From the NCBI GenBank assembly GCA_902384455.1, contig CABMCB010000055.1, forward strand, positions 1-10,360: 10,360 bases of DNA, given 5' to 3'. Positions within the stretch are counted from its first letter, which is position 1, and the number at the start of each line of letters is the position of its first letter. The stretch is from an uncultured archaeon. Lineage in GTDB: Archaea; Altiarchaeota; Altiarchaeia; IMC4; SCGC-AAA252-I15. A program made the position numbers and the translations under genes. Under the pieces are notes generated by a model, which saw only the letters and a list, made by a program, of their open reading frames with translations, ran no database searches and had not been told where the DNA came from. Below are positions 1-6,319 of this stretch, in pieces.

Positions 1-89
1 CAAGAAACGGACGTGGAAGAAACAGACGTAGAGGAAACGGACGTGGAAGAAACAGAAGTGGAACTGGTCGTGGAAGTTGAAGTTGTTGA
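1..89 (-). repeat. Second Ser/Thr-rich tract with TSVSS pentapeptide (15/30-bp) repeats, truncated by the window edge
   Basis: GAAACGGACGTGGAAGAAACAGA occurs on the plus strand at 4 and 34. The minus strand reads STTSTSTTSSTSVSSTSVSSTSVSSTSVS. Confidence 0.9.
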
Positions 90-2927
90 TACGCAGCATG
101 ACCCGCTTCCTACGCAGTTCATGGGGGGGTTAACCATGAAGTTTGGGAAGTGATAGCAAACTGCCATGATGCCCGTATCGACTTGGAAATCGTCGGTGCA
201 TTGGTCGAAATCGCTGCAACCCACGGGGGGCTCCTCGCACATAGGTATCGCGCCACTACCTGTACAACACTGGCATATTGACGTTGTCGTAGTTGAGGAT
301 GTGGATGTGGATGACGTTGACGTTGATGTGGAGGTAGACGTGGAGGTGGAAGTAGAAGTGGAAGTAGACGTAGAAGTGGAAGTAGACGTAGAAGTAGAAG
401 TAGACGTAGAAGTAGACGTAGAAGTAGACGTAGAAGTAGACGTAGAAGTAGACGTTGTAGTTGTCGTAGTGGTCGTGGTTGTAGTCGTAGTCGTAGTCGA
501 AGTTGTGGTCGTAGTAGTCGAAGTTGACGTAGTTGAGGTGATTGATGTGGTGGTCGTTGTGGTGGTTGAGGTTGAAGTTGTGGTGGTCGACGTATCGGGT
601 TCGCATTGCGCCACCCACTGGCACTTTATGAATTGACTTTTGACGCAGCCGTTAGGCCAACCCCAACCGGAGGGCAAATCCCAGTATTTTACTCCTGCGT
701 CAATGCAGCCGTTATCTTGCCATCCGGCGAAGTGTGTGCCGGGAGTGAGGCAGCATGGCGCCAGGTTTGATGGGCAGAAGTCTGGTGCGTGGGGGCAATC
801 TCCGTGGACGTACGCGCTGTGGCAGCCTTGAATTGTGCATATGCTGTTGCACATGCCAAATAGGAATGAGAATTCGTGGCCTTCGCATCTTGCGTCGAAG
901 TTGGCTTTGCAGTCGCATATTGGGTCGCATGTTTTGGAGCATGTTTGTCCTCCGTTTGGGTCTGCGCAGCATAGTGGTGCGTTGAATCCGAATTGTTGGA
1001 AGCAGGGTACGTGCCAGCAGTTTGCTCTGCATAGGTCGAAGTCTCCTGTTTTGTTTATGTTTACGTGGCAGAAGTCGTATGTGCAGTCGTTGTTGTCGTT
1101 GCAGTCGTCATCTGAAGTGCATCGGGGGTCTTTGCATACGCGTCCGACGTAGTCTGTGGTGTCTGTTGGGTCGTCGGGGTTGTGTACTGAGCCCATGCAG
1201 CAGAGTTGTTTTTGTCGGGGGCAGTTGTCTATGCATGTTTGGTCGTGGCATGTTTCTTTGCATCGGGGGTCTGGTGGACAGTTTGGGTCGCGTGGGCAGT
1301 TGCCTACGCAGGTCGGGTCTTTTGGAGCGCCGGCTACGCAGAGGGGGTCTCTACATGTGCCGATATCGCAGTCGACAAAACTTACTCCGCCGGGTGGAGG
1401 ATTACAGTAGGTGTTTATGCATTGCTGCAGACTCATTGGCGGCCATAAGTTAGGGTCTACGGGGCAGGTCCATTGAATCCATGTAGCGTCTGCCGGGCAG
1501 CCAGCTACGCATGTAGGGTCTGGGGGGCATGGTCGCTGCCGGGGGCAGCTGTCTAGGCAGCTTTGGTCGTAGGGACAGTTGCGCACGCACCAAGGGTCTG
1601 GGTTTGCAGAGTCTCCACAACCTTCCTGTAGGCAGTCTACGCAGGCGCACGCTGGGTTGTCGTTGCCTGTGGGGTTGGGCGGCCATCCTTCGCATTTTTG
1701 GTTGATGTATGGGCAATCGCCGTGAGCATGCCCGCCAGCCGTCAATGTGCAGGGTGAGCCGCAGTTTTTGTTGCATGCGCAGTTGGAGAATGCTTCGGCG
1801 TTGGCGTATGATGTTAGATCCCAATTTTTGCTTGTGGTGTTCCAGTTGTATGTTGATCCTCCTGCAGTGTTCCAGTCGCACCACATTCCGGGGTATCTGC
1901 CTGGAGCGTATGATGGCGCGCATTGGTTGCCGTGGCATTGAGAGGAGTATAAAATAATGCTGCTACTTTTTCGGTTGTCTACGTTGTTGAAGAAGGTGTA
2001 GAATTGGTCGCTTGACATTGGGGCGCACATTCCACTCATCCCTCCCCCGGGAGCACAGCCGGGATTGTTATTATTCCACCCATTATCCAAGTTTATTGAA
2101 TTGTCTGAGGTGCAGTCTGCTTCTTTTGTGGGCGGCACTGTAGTGGTGGTTGTTCCTGGGGGTAGTGATGTTGTGGTTGTTGAGGTTGGGAGAGGCGGCT
2201 CCCGTATGTGCCATTCCGTGTGGCAAGCGGCGTTATAGTTTCCTGAGCAGGAGTCTGATGATGACCCAGATTGGCTGCCGCAGACATTCATCATATCATT
2301 ACAACTTGATGATCCGCTTCCTGATGCTGTTGCTCCGACATTGCATGTCATTGAGCATGACGACGTGTCGCCAAGGGGTATTCCTGGTTCCCAACAGTTT
2401 CCGGAGTAGGATCCAGTGCAAACTAGGTCACTCCACCAACTGTCGGATGTTGACGTTTTTTCCGCGCACGTCTGGGAGCCGGACGGACAGTTTACACACT
2501 CAGAGTGGCTCGTAAATGTTGGGGAGTTGGTAGCTGTACACGTCGCTGCTTGCCCCATCCCCATACCCCACCAAAGCATGGCATTTACATCATATGTGCT
2601 TTGCCAAGGGCAGCTTGAGGAATAGTCGCATGGGTCTCCACAGTGGTTCATTGCAAGAGCCCTGCATGAGTGACTCCAACTGCCGCTTCCGTCCCATCCG
2701 CACGTGCCAGATTGGGAACAAGGCGGATCTGAGTAACCGCATGGCCCAAACATACTGCTGCAGTCTGGAGGCGGCGGCATACATGGTGGGTTGGGGCATT
2801 GCGCCGATGTTTCTGTTACTGCGGGAGATATTATCAGGATTAACGCCTGAAACAGAACTAAGACGGTTAATGCTGCAGCAATCCGGAGTAGAGGGTGACT
2901 TTTATTGGAGTAATATGGGAGTTTCAC
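1..2927 (-). CDS. Giant secreted cysteine-rich, Ser/Thr-rich (mucin-like) surface protein; 3' end lies outside the window (at least 975 aa)
   Basis: I translated the minus frame by hand (triplets starting at positions divisible by 3). There is no stop from GTG 2927-2925 to position 3, and an in-frame TGA lies upstream at 2951-2949. A GGGGGTG RBS sits at 2939-2933. The N-terminus MKLPYYSNKSHPLLRIAAALTVLVLFQALILIISPAVTETSA|QCPNPPC looks like a signal peptide. Hand count gives 96 Cys in modules at 2798-2223, 2114-603 and 275-93, separated by P/T/S linkers. It is absent from the ORF track because it has no stop in the window. Confidence 0.93.
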   Translation of the reverse strand, partial: MKLPYYSNKSHPLLRIAAALTVLVLFQALILIISPAVTETSAQCPNPPCMPPPPDCSSMFGPCGYSDPPCSQSGTCGWDGSGSWSHSCRALAMNHCGDPCDYSSSCPWQSTYDVNAMLWWGMGMGQAATCTATNSPTFTSHSECVNCPSGSQTCAEKTSTSDSWWSDLVCTGSYSGNCWEPGIPLGDTSSCSMTCNVGATASGSGSSSCNDMMNVCGSQSGSSSDSCSGNYNAACHTEWHIREPPLPTSTTTTSLPPGTTTTTVPPTKEADCTSDNSINLDNGWNNNNPGCAPGGGMSGMCAPMSSDQFYTFFNNVDNRKSSSIILYSSQCHGNQCAPSYAPGRYPGMWCDWNTAGGSTYNWNTTSKNWDLTSYANAEAFSNCACNKNCGSPCTLTAGGHAHGDCPYINQKCEGWPPNPTGNDNPACACVDCLQEGCGDSANPDPWCVRNCPYDQSCLDSCPRQRPCPPDPTCVAGCPADATWIQWTCPVDPNLWPPMSLQQCINTYCNPPPGGVSFVDCDIGTCRDPLCVAGAPKDPTCVGNCPRDPNCPPDPRCKETCHDQTCIDNCPRQKQLCCMGSVHNPDDPTDTTDYVGRVCKDPRCTSDDDCNDNNDCTYDFCHVNINKTGDFDLCRANCWHVPCFQQFGFNAPLCCADPNGGQTCSKTCDPICDCKANFDARCEGHEFSFLFGMCNSICTIQGCHSAYVHGDCPHAPDFCPSNLAPCCLTPGTHFAGWQDNGCIDAGVKYWDLPSGWGWPNGCVKSQFIKCQWVAQCEPDTSTTTTSTSTTTTTTTSITSTTSTSTTTTTTSTTTTTTTTTTTTTTTSTSTSTSTSTSTSTSTSTSTSTSTSTSTSTSTSTSTSTSTSTSTSTSSTSTSSTTTTSICQCCTGSGAIPMCEEPPVGCSDFDQCTDDFQVDTGIMAVCYHFPNFMVNPPMNCVGSGSCCVSTTSTSTTSSTSVSSTSVSSTSVSSTSVS
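279..593 (-). repeat. 105-codon Ser/Thr low-complexity tract containing a 12-bp coding tandem repeat
   Basis: 104 of 105 codons are Ser or Thr (one Ile at 540-542). GAAGTAGACGTA occurs at 361, 379, 397, 409, 421 and 433, with an 11/12 copy at 445. Confidence 0.95.
1212..1598 (-). repeat. Degenerate protein-level repeat of about 10 aa, D[PQ]xCxxxCPx, inside the large Cys module
   Basis: Units seen: DPWCVRNCPY, DQSCLDSCPR, DPTCVAGCPA, DPLCVAGAPK, DPTCVGNCPR, DPRCKETCH, DQTCIDNCPR. Confidence 0.8.
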
Positions 2928-2932
2928 TCCCG

Positions 2933-2939
2933 CACCCCC
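2933..2939 (-). promoter_or_regulatory. Shine-Dalgarno-like site for the giant Cys-rich gene
   Basis: GGGGGTG on the minus strand, 5 nt upstream of GTG 2927; it resembles the archaeal GGAGGTG consensus. Confidence 0.65.
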
Positions 2940-3096
2940 TTGAATGTTTCACTTAATGAGGAAAGGCAGAGGGAGGGGCATAAAACGTGTGATTGACGTA
3001 TTTGAGGCCTGCTACACCGCATAGTATTATCCCACATTGTACACTTCATCACATAACCCGCCTATGCCGACGTATAGTTATAGTAGGAGCATGGTT

Positions 3097-3103
3097 AAAA
3101 AAA
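3097..3103 (-). terminator. Candidate oligo-T terminator for the 3124-4008 gene (could also serve as a TATA-like element for the downstream gene)
   Basis: T7 tract on the minus strand 20 nt after the TGA at 3126-3124; archaeal intrinsic terminators are typically oligo-T tracts. Confidence 0.4.
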
Positions 3104-3123
3104 CCCAGATGAAGCCGCGTCAA

Positions 3124-4008
3124 TCAAGGATACTTCTCCTGTGTGACCGCATCCTTGATAACGCCAAAATCCGACCCCTTTCTTCCGCCCTTAGACTTCA
3201 ACTTAATGTCCAGTAAAAACGCAAGCACCACCACAAGAACCGCGATGACGATAGGCAACGCCGAAAACCAACGAGAATAACCTTCCGGTTTAGCCACCGC
3301 ATTCCCAGTATTGACAGACGAATAATTGCTGACCGGCAGAGGAATAACTTCAAACGGAGGAGTAGTCACGTTTTCATCAACAGGCACATCAAGCGACGAA
3401 GCAAGTACCGGCTCCGCAGAAGATGAATCGCCAGCGTAAGAGCCAGTCAAGTTAACCTTAACCTCAGAGGAGTTGCCCGAGCCGGGAAATTGAAAGCTTA
3501 CGTTGGGGTGGAAAGGAGGTTGGAACAACGCAATCAAGACTACTACGTCGTTATTAGACGCAACATAAGTTTTAGAGGGGGTTCCCAATCCCGCCTCCGA
3601 ATTGACCCTGAAGTAGACGGCAACAGAATCATTCCTCATCTCGCAAGGTGAACCGGTTGCGTAACACTGCGGTATTACTTGGGAAAAAAATCCGCTGGAA
3701 GAGTTGCTGAATGGAACAATGGTTCCGCGCAATGCGTTGCCGCTGTAAACACCCAGCAACATACCATCTGTCCACTTTGATTCGTTATCTGCCGAAACCC
3801 TAATCTCAAAGATATTGCTTGATTTTGTTTCACGGCGCCCCTGAAGCTCAAAAGGAACGTTTGAGCCATTGTAGACGAAGTTCGCCGGAAACAGAGGGCT
3901 GTAAGCCTTAACAGTCACTTGCACAGCAGGTTCCGCGCCGGCAAGTGACGAGCAGAAGAAAGCAATCAGAACAAACCCGCCCAACATAAACCGACGTCGA
4001 TCATTCAT
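3124..4008 (-). CDS. Hypothetical membrane-anchored secreted glycoprotein (signal peptide, beta-rich ectodomain, S/P/T linker, C-terminal TM helix)
   Basis: ORF of 294 aa from ATG 4008 (the track uses TTG 4014). N-terminus MNDRRRFMLGGFVLIAFFCSSLAGA|EP. Nine N-x-S/T sequons (NGS, NES, NSS, NDS, NVS, NSS, NLT, NVT, NYS). C-terminal TM WFSALPIVIAVLVVVLAFLL followed by basic KLKSKGGRK. Confidence 0.85.
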   Translation of the reverse strand: MNDRRRFMLGGFVLIAFFCSSLAGAEPAVQVTVKAYSPLFPANFVYNGSNVPFELQGRRETKSSNIFEIRVSADNESKWTDGMLLGVYSGNALRGTIVPFSNSSSGFFSQVIPQCYATGSPCEMRNDSVAVYFRVNSEAGLGTPSKTYVASNNDVVVLIALFQPPFHPNVSFQFPGSGNSSEVKVNLTGSYAGDSSSAEPVLASSLDVPVDENVTTPPFEVIPLPVSNYSSVNTGNAVAKPEGYSRWFSALPIVIAVLVVVLAFLLDIKLKSKGGRKGSDFGVIKDAVTQEKYP

Positions 4009-4037
4009 TATCAATCAGAGTCCGACACCAACCCCGC

Positions 4038-4050
4038 ATTTAAATAAATA
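4038..4050. promoter_or_regulatory. Candidate archaeal TATA box(es) serving the divergent gene pair
   Basis: ATTTAAATAAATA. The palindrome ATTTAAAT (4038-4045) is centred about 33 bp from both ATG 4008 (minus) and ATG 4074 (plus). Confidence 0.55.
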
Positions 4051-4073
4051 GGGGGCTAATTTAAAATAGAGAT

Positions 4074-4520
4074 ATGGCTAACGGCAACAGAAAGGTGAAT
4101 TACGCGATTGTGGTCGTCATCTTGCTGATTGCCATCCTCCTTTTGGTTTGGTTTATGAACCGCGAACAGCAGCCTGCTGGGTTGCCTGCGACTTCGACGA
4201 CAGTAGCCCCAATTCAGATAAAAACCACAATCACTTTTGTTACTACCACCACCAAGGTAGTTGTTCATGAGCCGCTTGTTCTTCCGTCAGTATACACTAC
4301 TTTAACGTATGTTGAAGGCATGGGGAAAGGCAACTACATTGTGGTGCCGCCTAATGAAACGCAGAAGAACTCCGGTAAAGGCGTGACCCTCATGTATCTT
4401 GCTGGCCCGGAAGACTACGGCATCACCAACATCAGTAACGTAAAGGAGAACCTCAGCGCCGGAGTGACTTTAGTCGGAGGTAAGAGTCAACCGCCGATTA
4501 TGAATCAACCACCATCTTGA
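4074..4520 (+). CDS. Hypothetical membrane protein (N-terminal TM anchor, Thr-rich stalk, small extracellular domain)
   Basis: 148-aa ORF, ATG to TGA. TM segment YAIVVVILLIAILLLVWF, Thr-rich segment ATSTTVAPIQIKTTITFVTTTTK, sequons NET, NIS and NLS. Confidence 0.8.
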   Translation: MANGNRKVNYAIVVVILLIAILLLVWFMNREQQPAGLPATSTTVAPIQIKTTITFVTTTTKVVVHEPLVLPSVYTTLTYVEGMGKGNYIVVPPNETQKNSGKGVTLMYLAGPEDYGITNISNVKENLSAGVTLVGGKSQPPIMNQPPS

Positions 4521-4589
4521 TACGCGTTTACCGTCGTTTTCATTATCCGACTCGATGGGCATTGATGCGTCATCAGGACCGTCGGAGAG

Positions 4590-4618
4590 TTATTTAAGGG
4601 CCTTGTATTAACTATATA
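4590..4618 (+). promoter_or_regulatory. Candidate promoter of the moxR operon
   Basis: AT-rich TTATTTAAGG and TTAACTATATA elements upstream of the first operon gene, followed by G-rich RBS-like sequences. Confidence 0.4.
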
Positions 4619-4655
4619 GGTAGGGATTGGGGGGTAAGTGTGGTGGAATATTGGT

Positions 4656-5408
4656 ATGAAGCACAACGTCAATTACGTCCTATTCGGACTATTGTTGGTA
4701 ACATTGATGATGATGGTGATTTTGTCGTTATACTACAGAATCACCTATGAGCGGCTGAACGACAGGTACACGGAGGCGCGGCAGAATGCCTTGAACGTGG
4801 CCGGCAACCTTTCGACGACTCTTACTGATGTGCAGGCGAAGGAGGCTGCTCTTAATGAGCGTGAGAAGGAGCTTTTGGACATCATAAATCAGCTTAACAT
4901 TTCAAAGACCCGGGAGCAGTCGTTGGGGAATTATTATACGGACGTGCAAAGCAAGACTGAGACCCTGCAGCTTATGCTGAACCAGACTTCGCGGGAAAGA
5001 GACATGTACATAAAGAAGTCGCAGGATGCGACTACTGAGCTGACGATGTGTCAGGCGGAGTATGGCGTCGTCAGCAGGAGGTTCGAGCAAGTCAACAGTT
5101 CTCTTAATGAGGTTAAGCAGTTGAGTTCTGATTTGGCGAGGGACGTAAGTAGCTTACAGGCAGGGTATGATGAGGCTTCGGATAACGTGGGCATAGGTTA
5201 TGACCGGCTTCTTGAGTCATTGGATACGGCAAGCGACATGAGGAGTCAGTATCCCGCGTGCTCGGGCGCGATTCAAAACATTACCAGTCCTTTGTCTGAC
5301 GTCAAAACCAGGTTTAATAAAGTCAACACTGGATTGGACAACATGGCGAGGTACATGAACCTGTCTGTTGCGGAGGCACGGGAGCTTAAACAGGCGGTGA
5401 GCACCTGA
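4656..5408 (+). CDS. Membrane-anchored long coiled-coil protein, first gene of the moxR/vWA operon
   Basis: N-terminal TM VNYVLFGLLLVTLMMMVILSLYY, then about 220 aa of heptad-like helical sequence with six sequons (NLS, NIS, NQT, NSS, NIT, NLS). ATG 4656, preceded by GGTGG, is preferred over GTG 4638. The stop overlaps the next start (TGATG). Confidence 0.85.
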   Translation: MKHNVNYVLFGLLLVTLMMMVILSLYYRITYERLNDRYTEARQNALNVAGNLSTTLTDVQAKEAALNEREKELLDIINQLNISKTREQSLGNYYTDVQSKTETLQLMLNQTSRERDMYIKKSQDATTELTMCQAEYGVVSRRFEQVNSSLNEVKQLSSDLARDVSSLQAGYDEASDNVGIGYDRLLESLDTASDMRSQYPACSGAIQNITSPLSDVKTRFNKVNTGLDNMARYMNLSVAEARELKQAVST

Positions 5409-6319
5409 TGGACGTAACAAGGAAGATTAGGGACGTAAACAGGACTCTTTTGGTGTCGGAGTTATTCCAGATTATCCTCAATTCCCTGATAATCTTCCTC
5501 ACGTTAAGCATAATACTTTCCATACTGGGCATAACGCTTTTTCTGGGACTCATAGTCGCAGGAATGGCCTTCATCATCATGGTCGTTTGGGATGAGGTTA
5601 AGAGGGACCCGTTAAAGAGGATTAGTGAGGTTTATCCTACGCTTAAGGAACGCGTAAGAACCGCCTACGACAACCGCCACCGCCACAACCTAATCACGGA
5701 AAGCCTCAATATAGACGTATATAAGCGCATGGATTTGATGGAAGACGGAAGGTTCGTAGACGACACCCGCATAATATACAAGGTGGTGGGCTCGTTCATA
5801 CTCATATTCCTGCTTCTGACCGTCACCGTAATCGACCTCCACGGAATACTCGCAAACATAATAGGAAGCGACGGCCTACTTAGGAATCAGTTGAATCAGG
5901 CAGTCGACCGGGTTACGGGAGGACAGTTCGACGTGACGGGAAACAAGGGTTATGAAGGCAACGAGAACTATAAGACGGATCAGGAGAAGGAGAAGCTTGG
6001 CGCTGAATCCGGCGGGGATAGGCCGGGGTACAACGAAGGGCCTATACCCGGTAAAGGCGGGGGTGTGGGTTCGGATGGCACGCAGGATATTTTCGGCGAA
6101 GCTTCTTCGGCCAACTTGAATGGGAAGGATCTTAATGTTAAATTGCATCCGGAGTACGGCGGAGACATAGATATTGAGGAGGTTGCCGGAGGAAAGAAGG
6201 CCGGTGACTTCGTTATCGGCGAAGTGCAGTCGACGCAGGTGTGCGAGGAGTGTGCCGTAGGGCCTGAGCATGCGGAGATTGTGAGAAAATATTTTGAAAG
6301 CATACTGGAGGAAAAATAA
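5408..6319 (+). CDS. Membrane protein of the type found in MoxR-DUF58-vWA operons (about 3 TM helices, Gly/acidic low-complexity region, C-terminal E-I-V-R-K-Y-F motif)
   Basis: 303-aa ORF coupled on both sides (TGATG, TAATG). Two N-terminal TMs, then [13 protein letters not shown], a third TM, a Gly/Glu/Asp-rich region, and the C-terminus [25 protein letters not shown]. The family assignment is from memory of similar operons, not from a search. Confidence 0.8.
   Translation: MDVTRKIRDVNRTLLVSELFQIILNSLIIFLTLSIILSILGITLFLGLIVAGMAFIIMVVWDEVKRDPLKRISEVYPTLKERVRTAYDNRHRHNLITESLNIDVYKRMDLMEDGRFVDDTRIIYKVVGSFILIFLLLTVTVIDLHGILANIIGSDGLLRNQLNQAVDRVTGGQFDVTGNKGYEGNENYKTDQEKEKLGAESGGDRPGYNEGPIPGKGGGVGSDGTQDIFGEASSANLNGKDLNVKLHPEYGGDIDIEEVAGGKKAGDFVIGEVQSTQVCEECAVGPEHAEIVRKYFESILEEK

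Noticed and set aside
1-593. Tandem repeats as a possible CRISPR array
   Set aside because: The repeats are contiguous 6/12/15-bp coding units with no unique spacers.
166-636. Plus-strand 156-aa poly-Val/Asp/Glu ORF and the 256-624 minus-strand Tyr/Phe/His ORF
   Set aside because: They are antisense and alternative-frame shadows of the Ser/Thr repeat in the giant minus-strand gene.
603-2798. Multiheme cytochrome c or polyferredoxin interpretation of the Cys-rich protein
   Set aside because: No canonical CxxCH was found (only CKETCH, CTYDFCH, CTIQGCH), and no CxxCxxCxxxCP ferredoxin motif.
640-2956. Many short ORFs on both strands in the ORF track
   Set aside because: All overlap the uninterrupted 975-codon minus-strand ORF, which has an RBS, a signal peptide and coherent composition.
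3940-3965. Lipoprotein lipobox at the signal-peptide Cys (AFFC)
   Set aside because: It does not fit [LVI][ASTVI][GAS]C, and an AxA signal-peptidase site follows.
4074-4160. Type IV pilin/archaellin class III signal peptide
   Set aside because: There is no [KR]-[GA] cleavage motif directly before the hydrophobic stretch.
4510-4590. Minus-strand CTGATGA...GAAA resembling a hammerhead ribozyme core or a C/D-box sRNA C box
   Set aside because: Stem II does not close onto the GAAA, no stem I/III with a cleavage triplet could be built, and there is no properly spaced CTGA D box.
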